Below, piece after piece: positions 39,284 through 48,019 of a stretch of DNA of 64,000 nucleotides. This stretch comes from an uncultured Oscillibacter sp. (GTDB lineage Bacteria > Bacillota > Clostridia > Oscillospirales > Oscillospiraceae), in NCBI GenBank assembly GCA_910585165.1, contig CAJUBX010000001.1, forward strand, positions 6,247 to 70,246, given 5' to 3'. The notes below the pieces were generated by a model. It was not told the origin of the DNA, made no database searches, and worked only from the letters and a program-made list of their open reading frames with translations. Made by a program: the position numbers and the translations under genes. How positions within the stretch are numbered: the stretch's first letter is position 1; the number at the start of each line of letters is the position of its first letter.

Positions 39284-39925
39284 ATGTGCAATACTTACGA
39301 GAACGATGTGCCGGAACTGGCGCGTCAGCCGGATGAAGCCTTGTGCCTCCTGGCTGCGGCAGGAAGCCGCTTGGCGGAGGAAACCTTGGTCGCCCGGTAT
39401 ACCCGCCTGGTCCGCACCTGTGCCCGCCCCTTCTTTCTGGCTGGCGGCGACAGCGAGGATCTCACGCAGGAAGGTATGGTGGGCCTTATCACGGCCGTCC
39501 GGGAATACGACGCCGGGAAAGAGGCGTCTTTCCGCACGTTCGCTGAAATCTGTATTCGAAGCCGCCTCTATACTGTGCTCCGCGCCTCGGCGCGGGATAA
39601 GCAGCAGCCGCTCAATCAATCGTTATCCCTAGACGACTCCCATTTTGAAAGCAATCCCCTCACCTCTGGGACCAGTAATTTGGCGCAGCGTAATCCCGAA
39701 GATTTCCTGATCGACAGGGAACACACGGCAGCCCTCTTATCCGGTGTCCGGAAACAGTTGTCCGAATTTGAAGCAAAGATTTTGGGGTTCTATTTGGACG
39801 GTCTTTCTTGCAGGGAAATTGCAAAAGCGGTGAACAAGCCCCCAAAATCCGTGGACAACGCCGTGCAGCGCATTCGACGCAAGGTGGCGCGGCAATTACT
39901 TTCCGGCGATCTCAGCAAACGCTGA
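39284..39925 (+). CDS. sigH: RNA polymerase sporulation sigma factor SigH
   Basis: DLTQEGMVGLITAVREYD, SFRTFAEICIRSRL, YLDGLSCREIA...KSVDNAVQRIRRKV. These line up closely with B. subtilis SigH. Confidence 0.85.
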   Translation: MCNTYENDVPELARQPDEALCLLAAAGSRLAEETLVARYTRLVRTCARPFFLAGGDSEDLTQEGMVGLITAVREYDAGKEASFRTFAEICIRSRLYTVLRASARDKQQPLNQSLSLDDSHFESNPLTSGTSNLAQRNPEDFLIDREHTAALLSGVRKQLSEFEAKILGFYLDGLSCREIAKAVNKPPKSVDNAVQRIRRKVARQLLSGDLSKR

Positions 39926-39963
39926 ACGCAATATAATTTTCTTTTCAAAGAGAGGGTAAAATC

Positions 39964-40245
39964 ATGTACGAAGACAAGACCTTAGTGTGCAAAGAGTGTG
40001 GTCAGGAGTTCGTGTTCACCGCCGGTGAGCAGGAGTTCTATGCCGAGCGCGGCTTCCAGAACGAGCCCCAGCGCTGCAAGGCCTGCCGCGACGCCCGCAA
40101 GAACGCCGCCCGCGGTCCCCGGGAGTATTTCACCGCTGTCTGCGCCGCCTGCGGCGGCGAGGCCCGTGTGCCCTTCGAGCCCCGCTCTGACCGTCCGGTC
40201 TATTGCAGCGAGTGCTTCGCAAAGATGCGCGAGGAGCAGAGATAA
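39964..40245 (+). CDS. Zinc-ribbon domain protein (CxxC pairs)
   Basis: CKECG...RCKACR...CAACG...CSECF. Confidence 0.75.
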   Translation: MYEDKTLVCKECGQEFVFTAGEQEFYAERGFQNEPQRCKACRDARKNAARGPREYFTAVCAACGGEARVPFEPRSDRPVYCSECFAKMREEQR

Positions 40246-40284
40246 ATCGCTTTTTGATATTTGTCTCTTGCGGTTTCGTCATTG

Positions 40285-40320
40285 AAAACAGCCCCATGCT
40301 CCGGCGTGGGGCTGTTTTTT
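40285..40320 (+). terminator. Rho-independent terminator
   Basis: aaaacagcccca-(loop)-tggggctgtttttt. Confidence 0.8.
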
Positions 40321-40449
40321 GCTCTAACGGAAGCAAAGGCGATCCCCTTTTAGCTGGGGGATAAAAACAGAGTACAGCGGGGTATAAAAAGAAGCCGCAC
40401 TCTTTTTCTTCGGCCCGCATAGGCTGATGGGGAAGGGAAGGGGATCGGT

Positions 40450-40953
40450 ATGCTGCTGCTGCATCCATATGACCGGGAGGCCGCCGTCCTGTACGCCCAC
40501 CAGTGGGCCTATGGCCGGAACCCGCTTTTTTACGACTATGAGCATCTGGGAGGGGACTGCACTAACTTTGCATCCCAGTGTATTTACGCCGGAAGCGGCG
40601 TAATGAACTTTACGCCGACTTACGGCTGGTATTACATCAATGCAAACCGGAAGTCCCCGGCCTGGACAGGTGTTCCATACCTCTACAATTTTTTGACCAG
40701 AGACACTCTTTCTGTTGGGCCGCTGGCAGAACCCTGCGAACTGGCGGATTTGCTTCCGGGGGACCTGATCCAGTTGTCTTTCAAGGGGGAGGAGTATCAG
40801 CATTCGCCCATTGTGGTATCCGTGGGAAATCCGGCGACGCCGGAAAACGTCCTGATCGCCGCCCACAGCTACGACGCGGATTACCGGCCTTTATCTACCT
40901 ACGAATACCGTAAAATTCGCTTTCTGCACATCACAGGCGTTATGCGGCCATAA
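40450..40953 (+). CDS. Putative amidase-domain protein (Amidase_6-like, papain-fold)
   Basis: AVLYAHQWA...GGDCTNFASQCIYAG...HS. Confidence 0.7.
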   Translation: MLLLHPYDREAAVLYAHQWAYGRNPLFYDYEHLGGDCTNFASQCIYAGSGVMNFTPTYGWYYINANRKSPAWTGVPYLYNFLTRDTLSVGPLAEPCELADLLPGDLIQLSFKGEEYQHSPIVVSVGNPATPENVLIAAHSYDADYRPLSTYEYRKIRFLHITGVMRP

Positions 40954-41004
40954 AAATTTTGTTCAAAAACTTTTGTGGAAACAGTAGGCCGCTTTTTGTG
41001 CAGG

Positions 41005-41040
41005 AAAAATGCCCGTCTTATAAAAAGGCGGGCATTTTTT
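41005..41040. terminator. Bidirectional terminator
   Basis: aaaaatgcccg-(loop)-cgggcatttttt between convergent genes. Confidence 0.75.
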
Positions 41041-42058
41041 ATTTGGAATCCTGCCGTTTCTTTGTGTTTTTCATGTGTGACAAGGGATTGGCCTTTGCAG
41101 CAACCCGCAGGGATTCGTTGTCAATGTGAGTATAAATCTGTGTGGTGTTCAGATGGTCGTGACCCAAAACCTCCTGGACCGCCCGGACATCCACTCCGTT
41201 TTGGAGCATCAGTGTGGCGGCGGTGTGGCGGAGCTTATGAGAGGAGTATTCTTTCTCGTCAAGTCCAGCGGCAGAAAGCCGCTTTTTTACCATGGCATGG
41301 ACCGTAGAGCGGCTGATCCGTTCATTCCGGGAGGAGAGAAACAACGCGTTGGCGTCCCGCCCGGCGATGGGACGGCGGACCGCCAGATAACGCTGCAATG
41401 CGTCCTGGCAGGCGTCATTTAAATAAAGGATGCGAACCTTATTGCCTTTGCCCAGGACCCGAATGGATTCACCCTGAATATCCCGAAGGTTCAACCCGAC
41501 TAACTCTGAAATCCGAAGCCCGCAGTTGAGGAACAGCGTCAGGATGCAATAATCCCGCTCCTGGTTTTTGCCATCCACTGAATCCAACAGCTCCACGCTC
41601 TGGTCCAGCGTCAGATACTTAGGCAGCGACTTTTTCAGCTTCGGCGAGTCAATGTCTTTGACCGGATTTTCTCGGATGAGATGAACCTTATTGGTCAGGT
41701 AATTGTAAAATGACCGGATGGTCGCCAGTTTCCGGGCCCGGGACGCGGCGTTCAGGCCATAATCCGAGGTCTGGCTGTTCTGGTGCTGAACCCGGTCCCG
41801 GCTCAGATAGGTCATATAGCCGTAGATGTCTGTCAGGGTCACGGCAGCGACGAAGTCCAAATCTACGTCAGAAATGTCGATTTCGTCCAGCGCCAGCCCG
41901 GATAAACCGGAGTTCCGGGTCTGCTTGAGATAGCGGAAGAAATTCCGCAAGTCCAAAAAGTATTCGTCTACGGTCTGCTTTGAATGGGCTTTGACGGTTT
42001 CGTGGTAAGCCAGGAAATCCCGAAGGACCGGCGGGGCTTCGGTACGGTAATCAGTCAT
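41039..42058 (-). CDS. Tyrosine-type site-specific recombinase (second Xer/integrase-like gene)
   Basis: 339 aa. SAM-like N-domain, then catalytic NCGLRISEL, HKLRHTAATLM, LGHDHLNTTQIYTHI. Confidence 0.85.
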   Translation of the reverse strand: MTDYRTEAPPVLRDFLAYHETVKAHSKQTVDEYFLDLRNFFRYLKQTRNSGLSGLALDEIDISDVDLDFVAAVTLTDIYGYMTYLSRDRVQHQNSQTSDYGLNAASRARKLATIRSFYNYLTNKVHLIRENPVKDIDSPKLKKSLPKYLTLDQSVELLDSVDGKNQERDYCILTLFLNCGLRISELVGLNLRDIQGESIRVLGKGNKVRILYLNDACQDALQRYLAVRRPIAGRDANALFLSSRNERISRSTVHAMVKKRLSAAGLDEKEYSSHKLRHTAATLMLQNGVDVRAVQEVLGHDHLNTTQIYTHIDNESLRVAAKANPLSHMKNTKKRQDSK

Positions 42059-42110
42059 AGGCTTTCTTTTTGAGGCGATTTAAGCTTGCTGGGTTATTTC
42101 AGCTCCCCCA

Positions 42111-42140
42111 AATTGAACAAAATTTTCATTTTGTTCAATT
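42111..42140. promoter_or_regulatory. Perfect 13-4-13 palindrome upstream of the recombinase gene
   Basis: AATTGAACAAAAT-tttc-ATTTTGTTCAATT, 53 bp upstream of the recombinase ATG. Confidence 0.5.
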
Positions 42141-42286
42141 GCCCTTGCCTCCTCTTTTTCCTCCTCCCAAGCGTATTCTTTCTATTCCGGCCCGATGCCG
42201 GATGCTTCTCTATCTCGGCGCCAGCCTCATAAAATCCGCCGTTCCGGTCAAACTAACCCCATCATCAAACGGAACGGAGGATCGCC

Positions 42287-42502
42287 TTGATTCCATGCAC
42301 CAGTGAATGCGTCTATCAGTCCGACGGCCTCTGCACATTGGAAAGCGCCGCCGCCGCCGGCGTACCTGCCTTGGGCGGCGCCTGCGTCCACTTTATCCCC
42401 GCAAAGCGGCTCGAATCGCCTCACCGATATTCCGAACGGGCAGCAGCTGCAAATCCGGAACGCTCTCCAGCCCCCGGTGAGCCGGGACCATACAGCGTTT
42501 GA
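42287..42502 (+). CDS. Small Cys-rich protein (conserved-looking core about 40 aa)
   Basis: TTG start 6 nt after GGAGG. The core (L)IPCTSECVYQSDGLCTLE...ACVHFIP has four Cys. The tail of the ORF overlaps the radA 3' end. Confidence 0.4.
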   Translation: MIPCTSECVYQSDGLCTLESAAAAGVPALGGACVHFIPAKRLESPHRYSERAAAANPERSPAPGEPGPYSV

Positions 42503-43757
42503 ACCCCAGCCGCCGGACCTCGGCCACCCGCTGAGCCAGCTGGCTGACGCTCCGCAGCTCCCCGGTAAGCCCCACCTCCCCGATGGCCGCCAGGTCTCCG
42601 GGGACGGGCTTGTCCAGGTAGCTGGAGGCCAGCGCCACCACGGCGGCCAGGTCTGCGGCGGGCTCGTCCAGTTGCAGGCCGCCAATAATATTGAGATAAG
42701 CGTCACAGACCGACAGCTTCAGCCCGCCCCGCTTTTCCAGCACCGCCAGCAGCATAGCCGCCCGGTTGTAGTCAAAGCCATTGCTGGTTCGCCGTGGATT
42801 TCCGCCCGCCGTGCCGACTACCAGCGCCTGAACCTCCGCCAGCACCGGCCGGGCTCCCTCCATCACACAGGTGACACAGGTTCCCGGCGACTCCTCCGGC
42901 CGGCCGGACAGCAGCATCCGGGAGGGATTTTCCACTTCCGTCAGCCCACTGTCCCCCATCTCAAAAACGCCAATCTCATTGGTCGCTCCAAAACGGTTCT
43001 TTGCCGCCCGGAGAATGCGGCAGAAGGTGTGCCGGTCTCCCTCAAAGTACAGCACGCAGTCCACCATGTGTTCCAGGACCTTGGGCCCGGCAATGGACCC
43101 CTCTTTGTTTACATGTCCGATAACAAATACGGTGATACTGCTTCCCTTGGCAAGCTGCATCAGCGCCATGGTACAGTCCTTCACCTGGCTGACGCTGCCT
43201 GCCGGAGAGTCCAACGCGCCGTTATAAAGCGTCTGGATGGAGTCCACAATCAGCACATCCGGCTGTTCCTGCTCTACCGCCTCCAGCATCTCCCCCAGGC
43301 CGGTCTCCGACAGGACCAGGAGGTTTCCGCTTTCCACATGAAGCCGCTGGGCCCGGAGCTTCAGCTGGTGCTGGGACTCCTCCCCGGATACATACAGCAC
43401 CTTGGCAAACCCGCACAGTTTCCCGCAGATTTGCAGCATCAGCGTAGACTTTCCAATGCCGGGCGCACCGCCTACCAGTACCAGGGAACCCTTGACGGCA
43501 CCGCCCCCCAAAACCCGGTCCAGCTCTCCCATGCCGGTTGAAAACCGGATTTCCGCGCTGTCCCCAAGCTCCGTTACCGGGAGGGCCTTCCGGAGAACTG
43601 CGGTCCGGGAGGAAGAAGCCCTTCCCTTCCCTTTTACCGCAGGCTCCGGCCGCTCTACAACCGTATTCCAAGCGCCGCAGGCGGGACAGCGTCCCGCCCA
43701 CTTCGGCGTTTCATTTCCGCACTCCGTGCAGTAAAAAAGCGTTTTTGGCTGTTTCAT
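42393..43757 (-). CDS. radA: DNA repair protein RadA
   Basis: N-terminal zinc finger CTECG...CPACG, GGAPGIGKST Walker A, KNRFG, Lon-like C-terminus. Confidence 0.95.
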   Translation of the reverse strand: MKQPKTLFYCTECGNETPKWAGRCPACGAWNTVVERPEPAVKGKGRASSSRTAVLRKALPVTELGDSAEIRFSTGMGELDRVLGGGAVKGSLVLVGGAPGIGKSTLMLQICGKLCGFAKVLYVSGEESQHQLKLRAQRLHVESGNLLVLSETGLGEMLEAVEQEQPDVLIVDSIQTLYNGALDSPAGSVSQVKDCTMALMQLAKGSSITVFVIGHVNKEGSIAGPKVLEHMVDCVLYFEGDRHTFCRILRAAKNRFGATNEIGVFEMGDSGLTEVENPSRMLLSGRPEESPGTCVTCVMEGARPVLAEVQALVVGTAGGNPRRTSNGFDYNRAAMLLAVLEKRGGLKLSVCDAYLNIIGGLQLDEPAADLAAVVALASSYLDKPVPGDLAAIGEVGLTGELRSVSQLAQRVAEVRRLGFKRCMVPAHRGLESVPDLQLLPVRNIGEAIRAALRG

Positions 43758-44497
43758 TCCGGTTCTCCAAGTTCATTTCCCGCACTTGCGGCATTCAGAT
43801 ACCCCGCCGCAACGGCGGCCGCCAGCCGCAGCTGATAAGCCGGGTCCTGCAAGCGTTCTGTTTCCGGCCCGTTGGACAAAAAGCCGCACTCCACCAGAAC
43901 CCCCGGTGCGGTGATATTCTTCATCAGGTAGATGCTGTCTGGAATCTGCCGGGGATGCTTGCCGTTTCCCGCGTTGACGGCGGCGTTCAGCGCATCCTGA
44001 ATACTGGCCGCCAGCTCCTCCGCCCCCTCCCGGCGGTTCCAGAACACCTGGGCCCCGTGGGTTACCGGAGACGAGGGCAGGCTGTTCTGGTGGATGCTCA
44101 GCAAAACGGCGTTCTCCGTTTCCTCCACCAGCTTTACCCGGTTTTTAAGGTCCGAGGTCTTCCGCTGGCGCATAGTCTCCAATCCCTCGTCGCAGATGGT
44201 CACATCCTCGCTCCTGGTCAGCCGGGTCCTTTGCCCGGCAAAGCGCAGCAAATCGCTGACCCGCAGGGACACCGCCAAGTTGATCTGGCTTTCCGCCACG
44301 CCGCCGGGGGACACTGCTCCCCCGTCCTCCCCGCCGTGACCGGGATCGATGACCACCGTGACGGGGAACTCTTCCCGGACATGGAAGGCCGGAACGGCGC
44401 TCCCCTTCCACAAAACCGCCGCCAGGCCAAAGAAAAAGCAGCCGAACAGGCAGGAGAGCAGCAAATCGCGTTTTCGCAGCAGAATGACCACGGACAA
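43754..44497 (-). CDS. cwlD: N-acetylmuramoyl-L-alanine amidase, CwlD-like (germination-specific)
   Basis: N-terminal TM, VVIDPGHGGEDGGAV, LLSIHQNS, VLVECGFLSN. Confidence 0.8.
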   Translation of the reverse strand: MSVVILLRKRDLLLSCLFGCFFFGLAAVLWKGSAVPAFHVREEFPVTVVIDPGHGGEDGGAVSPGGVAESQINLAVSLRVSDLLRFAGQRTRLTRSEDVTICDEGLETMRQRKTSDLKNRVKLVEETENAVLLSIHQNSLPSSPVTHGAQVFWNRREGAEELAASIQDALNAAVNAGNGKHPRQIPDSIYLMKNITAPGVLVECGFLSNGPETERLQDPAYQLRLAAAVAAGYLNAASAGNELGEPE

Positions 44498-44731
44498 CGC
44501 CTCCTTCGCAAATCTTCGTGCTAAGAGGATATGTCCGGCGGCTTATCCCATATGCGGTCTTTTCTGTGGAACTTGGCGTGCTTTCTATTATAACAAGTCC
44601 CGCTCCAAAAAGCAAGCCGCAGCCCGAACAATTGTCCCACTGTCCTCTGGTGGCCCCTTTGCCTCTGTCCGCATACAATGGACTGAGCGCGGGACTCCCC
44701 GCGCCATCCTTACCCAAGGAGGAAAGCGAGT

Positions 44732-45187
44732 ATGGAAAGACCCAATCATACGCCGGCCGGTCCCTGCGGCCCAGGAATGGGCACGCTCCCCGCGTGCGCG
44801 CCGCTGGCGTTTCCCTATATTCCCATGCAGGAACAGAACCCGCCCCGTTTCAGCCGGGCGGAGGCTTTACAGGCTGGCACCCTGTTCCCCGGCCTGGACC
44901 TGCCCTTCAAGGCGGCCATTCAGGCGAAGACCAAGCTCTCCAACACCGCCATGGTGGAGCTGATGGCCCTGGATTTCGCCATCAAGGAGCTGAACCTGTA
45001 TTTGGACACCCATGCGGACGACCAGGAGGTCCTCCAGCTCTACTGGTCCTATATTAAGCTGGCCAAGGAAGGGCGGGAAAAGTACGAGAAAATGTACGGT
45101 CCCCTGACAAGCACCGATTTGACTCCGGAGGACGGCTACGCCTGGCTGAAAGACCCGTGGCCCTGGGACGTAGGAGGGAATGACTGA
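44732..45187 (+). CDS. Spore coat proteins CotJA and CotJB fused in one ORF
   Basis: The N-part LAFPYIPMQ...LFPGLDLPF is CotJA-like. The C-part LMALDFAIKELNLYLDTH...PWPWD is CotJB-like. Confidence 0.75.
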   Translation: MERPNHTPAGPCGPGMGTLPACAPLAFPYIPMQEQNPPRFSRAEALQAGTLFPGLDLPFKAAIQAKTKLSNTAMVELMALDFAIKELNLYLDTHADDQEVLQLYWSYIKLAKEGREKYEKMYGPLTSTDLTPEDGYAWLKDPWPWDVGGND

Positions 45188-45378
45188 TGTTTGTTTATGA
45201 GAAAAAGCTTCAATACCCGGTGAAGGTCAAGAACGCCAACCCCAAACTGGCGGCGGCCATCATCTCCCAGTACGGAGGACCTTACTCCATCAGACTACGA
45301 AAAGCCGGAGCAAGTCGCTCCGGCTTAGACTTGTTTATTCAGAAAATACTTTGCTCAACTCCACGAAACAACCACTGA
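45187..45378 (+). pseudogene. cotJC: 5' fragment of cotJC (Mn-catalase-like spore coat protein), interrupted after codon 32
   Basis: MFVYEKKLQYPVKVKNANPKLAAAIISQYGGP matches the conserved CotJC N-terminus. From about 45283 the frame reads unrelated sequence to a stop at 45378. Confidence 0.8.
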
Positions 45379-45910
45379 GTACATTGACCTTTGCTACGTC
45401 TTCCCGTCCATAGTCTTCATGGATTTTGAGGGAACCGCCGCCGTCCTGTAAAAACACCTGTACGGCCTTATTTTCCGGGTCTACAATCCAATATTCCCGG
45501 ACCCCGGCCCGCTGATACAAGCCTAGCTTGATAAGCCGATCATGCCGGCGGGTAGAAGGTGAGAGAATTTCAATCACCAAATCAGGGGCGCCCTTGCACC
45601 CGTGTTTGTCTAGCTTGTTGCTATCGCATACAACGGACAAATCCGGCTCGACCATCGTGTCAACATCTTCCGGAGCCTCCCCGTCCCGCTCGAAAAGCCG
45701 GACGGCAAACGGGGCCGCATATACTCGACATTTCTTTCCATCTAGGAAGTTGTAAAGCTGGGCAAACAGTGCTCCGCTAATCTCCTGGTGAGTTCTGGAC
45801 GGCGGGGCCATCATAACGGCCTCTCCGTTGATAATTTCAATACGCTCGTTCTCTTCCCATGAGAGGCAATCTGCGAAGGTATACCGGGCCTTTTCCGCTG
45901 GTAGTGCCAT
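45335..45910 (-). CDS. Uma2 (DUF820) family restriction-endonuclease-fold protein
   Basis: YELINGE-like IEIINGEAVMMAPP, PDLSVV, APDLVIEILSPST, REYWIVDP. Confidence 0.85.
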   Translation of the reverse strand: MALPAEKARYTFADCLSWEENERIEIINGEAVMMAPPSRTHQEISGALFAQLYNFLDGKKCRVYAAPFAVRLFERDGEAPEDVDTMVEPDLSVVCDSNKLDKHGCKGAPDLVIEILSPSTRRHDRLIKLGLYQRAGVREYWIVDPENKAVQVFLQDGGGSLKIHEDYGREDVAKVNVLSGCFVELSKVFSE

Positions 45911-45989
45911 CTAAACCACACCTTTCATTTTGCTTTTAGTATTCGTTCTATGCACTTATAATATCACAAAAGCGAAAAAAAGTAAAGTA

Positions 45990-46016
45990 AATGCCGCCAG
46001 ATATTCCGGCGGCATT
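45990..46016 (-). terminator. Rho-independent terminator ending the P2 small-ORF array
   Basis: aatgccgcc-(loop)-ggcggcatt with a T-rich tail on the minus strand. Confidence 0.7.
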
Positions 46017-46025
46017 CTTGTAATT

Positions 46026-46223
46026 CTAGTTCTGAGAACTTGTATCCCTTGCTTTACTGCACTCAAAAAACTCAGCTTTTCCCCGGAAAAGAGCGTTCAG
46101 ATATGTTGTTTTCAGCCATGTTGCCAGTCTGCGTCGCTGCTCATCATCCAGGTCGTCGGTGTTTACCAGCTCATCCCCGATATGTACGAAGGATACCGTC
46201 TTTATCTCCTGCTTCTTAGCCAC
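46026..46223 (-). CDS. Hypothetical small protein
   Basis: The second GTG has good spacing to GAAGGGGAG. No family recognised. Confidence 0.45.
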   Translation of the reverse strand: MAKKQEIKTVSFVHIGDELVNTDDLDDEQRRRLATWLKTTYLNALFRGKAEFFECSKARDTSSQN

Positions 46224-46260
46224 ATGGCCCACCTCCCCTTCTCAGAGTATTCTCATGGGG

Positions 46261-46617
46261 CTATGGCTTATGACCGTAACGGATTTCCGGCAGCCAGTCA
46301 TACCGCTTTTCAAATGGAACGAAGTCGCCAGTCTCTCCGCAAATACGTTTCAGGGCCTCATCCATTTTCGCTCTGGCATAGTCGGCCTCCGGGTTCTTCG
46401 TCAGTGCATCAAAGAACTGGTCATAATACCGCCCCCAGGCGTCCAGCACCTTCTTCAGCCGAGCATATCCGAACACGTCCTTACCCATGACCTCCGGGTC
46501 ATTCAGTGTGAAGATGAGGGTATCCGTCATGTACTGCACGAAGGTCTGTCTGGTGGCATCCTGGAGCGTTCGCTTCTTTTCCTCTTGGCGGGCCAGGTAG
46601 TCGTTTTTCTTTCCCAT
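46261..46617 (-). CDS. Hypothetical protein (118 aa)
   Basis: ATG after GAGGTG. Abuts its neighbours. Confidence 0.55.
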   Translation of the reverse strand: MGKKNDYLARQEEKKRTLQDATRQTFVQYMTDTLIFTLNDPEVMGKDVFGYARLKKVLDAWGRYYDQFFDALTKNPEADYARAKMDEALKRICGETGDFVPFEKRYDWLPEIRYGHKP

Positions 46618-46625
46618 GGCACACC

Positions 46626-46880
46626 TCACACCAGATACCGGCACATGAAGTTGCCGAAGCTGTCGAAGTCGGACCAGTCGGCTGTATCCTCCTCGTCCGC
46701 GGCCACGGCCTTCCACAGCTCCCGGATGTAGCTGTCATAGCTGGCGGTATCTACGTCGAGGTCGTAGTGGAGGCAGTACGCTGTCCACAGCATCCTGAAG
46801 CGGTCGCGGCAGATGTCCTCGTCGAAGCAGCTCTGCGTGGCGAAGGATACTATGAACTTAAACTCAGCATTTCTATCCAT
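46626..46880 (-). CDS. Hypothetical acidic protein (84 aa)
   Basis: ATG after GAGGAGG. Confidence 0.55.
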   Translation of the reverse strand: MDRNAEFKFIVSFATQSCFDEDICRDRFRMLWTAYCLHYDLDVDTASYDSYIRELWKAVAADEEDTADWSDFDSFGNFMCRYLV

Positions 46881-46891
46881 CGTTTTCCTCC

Positions 46892-47425
46892 TCAGCTTCC
46901 GGTGTTGAAGCTCACCCCGGCGAAGTCTTCGGCGCTCAGGACATACTCCCCAGCCTTCCACGCCTGCTCCACCTTTGACTTGGCCTCCTCCCAGCTCGCG
47001 GCCTCCACATGGACCACGCGCTTCAGGTGCTCCAGGATAACGATTTTGTACCGGCGGATCACTGGCGGTATCACCGCAGTAGCTCTCTCCACGAGCCCGC
47101 TCAGGATGAGGTCATCTTTCCGAAGGTCAAGGATATGGCTCTTGTCGCAGGGTTCCTCGCTGGAAGCATCCCTCAGCAGCTCCTCATTCATCTCCTGGCA
47201 GAACTCGACCACCTCCCGGATAGTGTAGGGCTGGTCCGTGCTGTATCCGTACTGCTCCTCCTCTTCGGTATCGTGCAGAGCCATCTGGAACTTCTCATCG
47301 GACATCAGGGCAAAGCCATGTCCCTCTATGTAGCCCAGCACGATGTCAGCTTCCACCAGATTCATCTGGAGGCCCTGGCGGACCGAGACGGCCACCAGGT
47401 TCTCAGCTTTCTTTATTTCAGTCAT
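46892..47425 (-). CDS. Hypothetical protein with a C-terminal DpnD/PcfM-like module
   Basis: The C-terminus YKIVILEHLKRVVHVEAASWEEAKSKVEQAWKAGEYVLSAEDF resembles DpnD/PcfM. Confidence 0.55.
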   Translation of the reverse strand: MTEIKKAENLVAVSVRQGLQMNLVEADIVLGYIEGHGFALMSDEKFQMALHDTEEEEQYGYSTDQPYTIREVVEFCQEMNEELLRDASSEEPCDKSHILDLRKDDLILSGLVERATAVIPPVIRRYKIVILEHLKRVVHVEAASWEEAKSKVEQAWKAGEYVLSAEDFAGVSFNTGS

Positions 47426-47861
47426 CGCCTTCACCTCCGGTCAGGAAAAAACCCACATTGTCCTCAAAGTTGTCTACGGCCTCCGGCAGATACCGGCGGT
47501 AGGCCGGTCCGTTGCTCTTAAACCAGACGTGCGTGGCAAGGAAGTTGAAGTCTCCCTCAATGTCATCGTCCGGGTGCAGGTCACGCAGGGCTTCCAGCTC
47601 TTCAGCCTCCTCTGGCTCCAGTTTCTCATGGATACCTTGAGTCGCTTCCAGCAGGAACGTCCTTTCGCTGATAGCCTCTTTTATGTTGATGATGCCGACG
47701 CTGACGGCCGCTCTCAAAACATCGTTGAAGTCGAGGCCCTCACGGGGCCAATCCATCTGGTCAAGAATCTCATCCCACCCGTAACCGATACGGTCGAGAA
47801 TCTCCAGGTCTGCGCTGCCGCAGGACAGCATCTCGCAGAGGAGACTTTGCGCACCAGTCAT
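47418..47861 (-). CDS. Hypothetical acidic protein (147 aa)
   Basis: ATG after GGAGGG. 8-nt overlap with the next gene. Confidence 0.55.
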   Translation of the reverse strand: MTGAQSLLCEMLSCGSADLEILDRIGYGWDEILDQMDWPREGLDFNDVLRAAVSVGIINIKEAISERTFLLEATQGIHEKLEPEEAEELEALRDLHPDDDIEGDFNFLATHVWFKSNGPAYRRYLPEAVDNFEDNVGFFLTGGEGDD

Positions 47862-48019
47862 CTGTTTCCCTCCAATCTTATACTTTGTTAAATATTTCTC
47901 TGGACCCTGCATAGGGACCGCCTGAGAGCCTCTTGGAGCGTCCTTTTCTGTCCGCGAATGGTGTAAGTAGTCTGCGGGCGGGCCCGTCTTGTAGAGGCTT
48001 AGACGGGCTTATTTCAACA

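Noticed and set aside
41039-42058. This tyrosine recombinase as the integrase of the cotJC-inserted prophage.
   Set aside because: It is separated from the insertion point by radA, cwlD and cotJA/JB, which are core genes, and it lies outside the interrupted gene.
42111-42140. The palindrome as a LexA/DinR SOS box, given that radA is nearby.
   Set aside because: The Firmicutes SOS box is GAAC-N4-GTTC. Here GAAC and GTTC are 14 nt apart.
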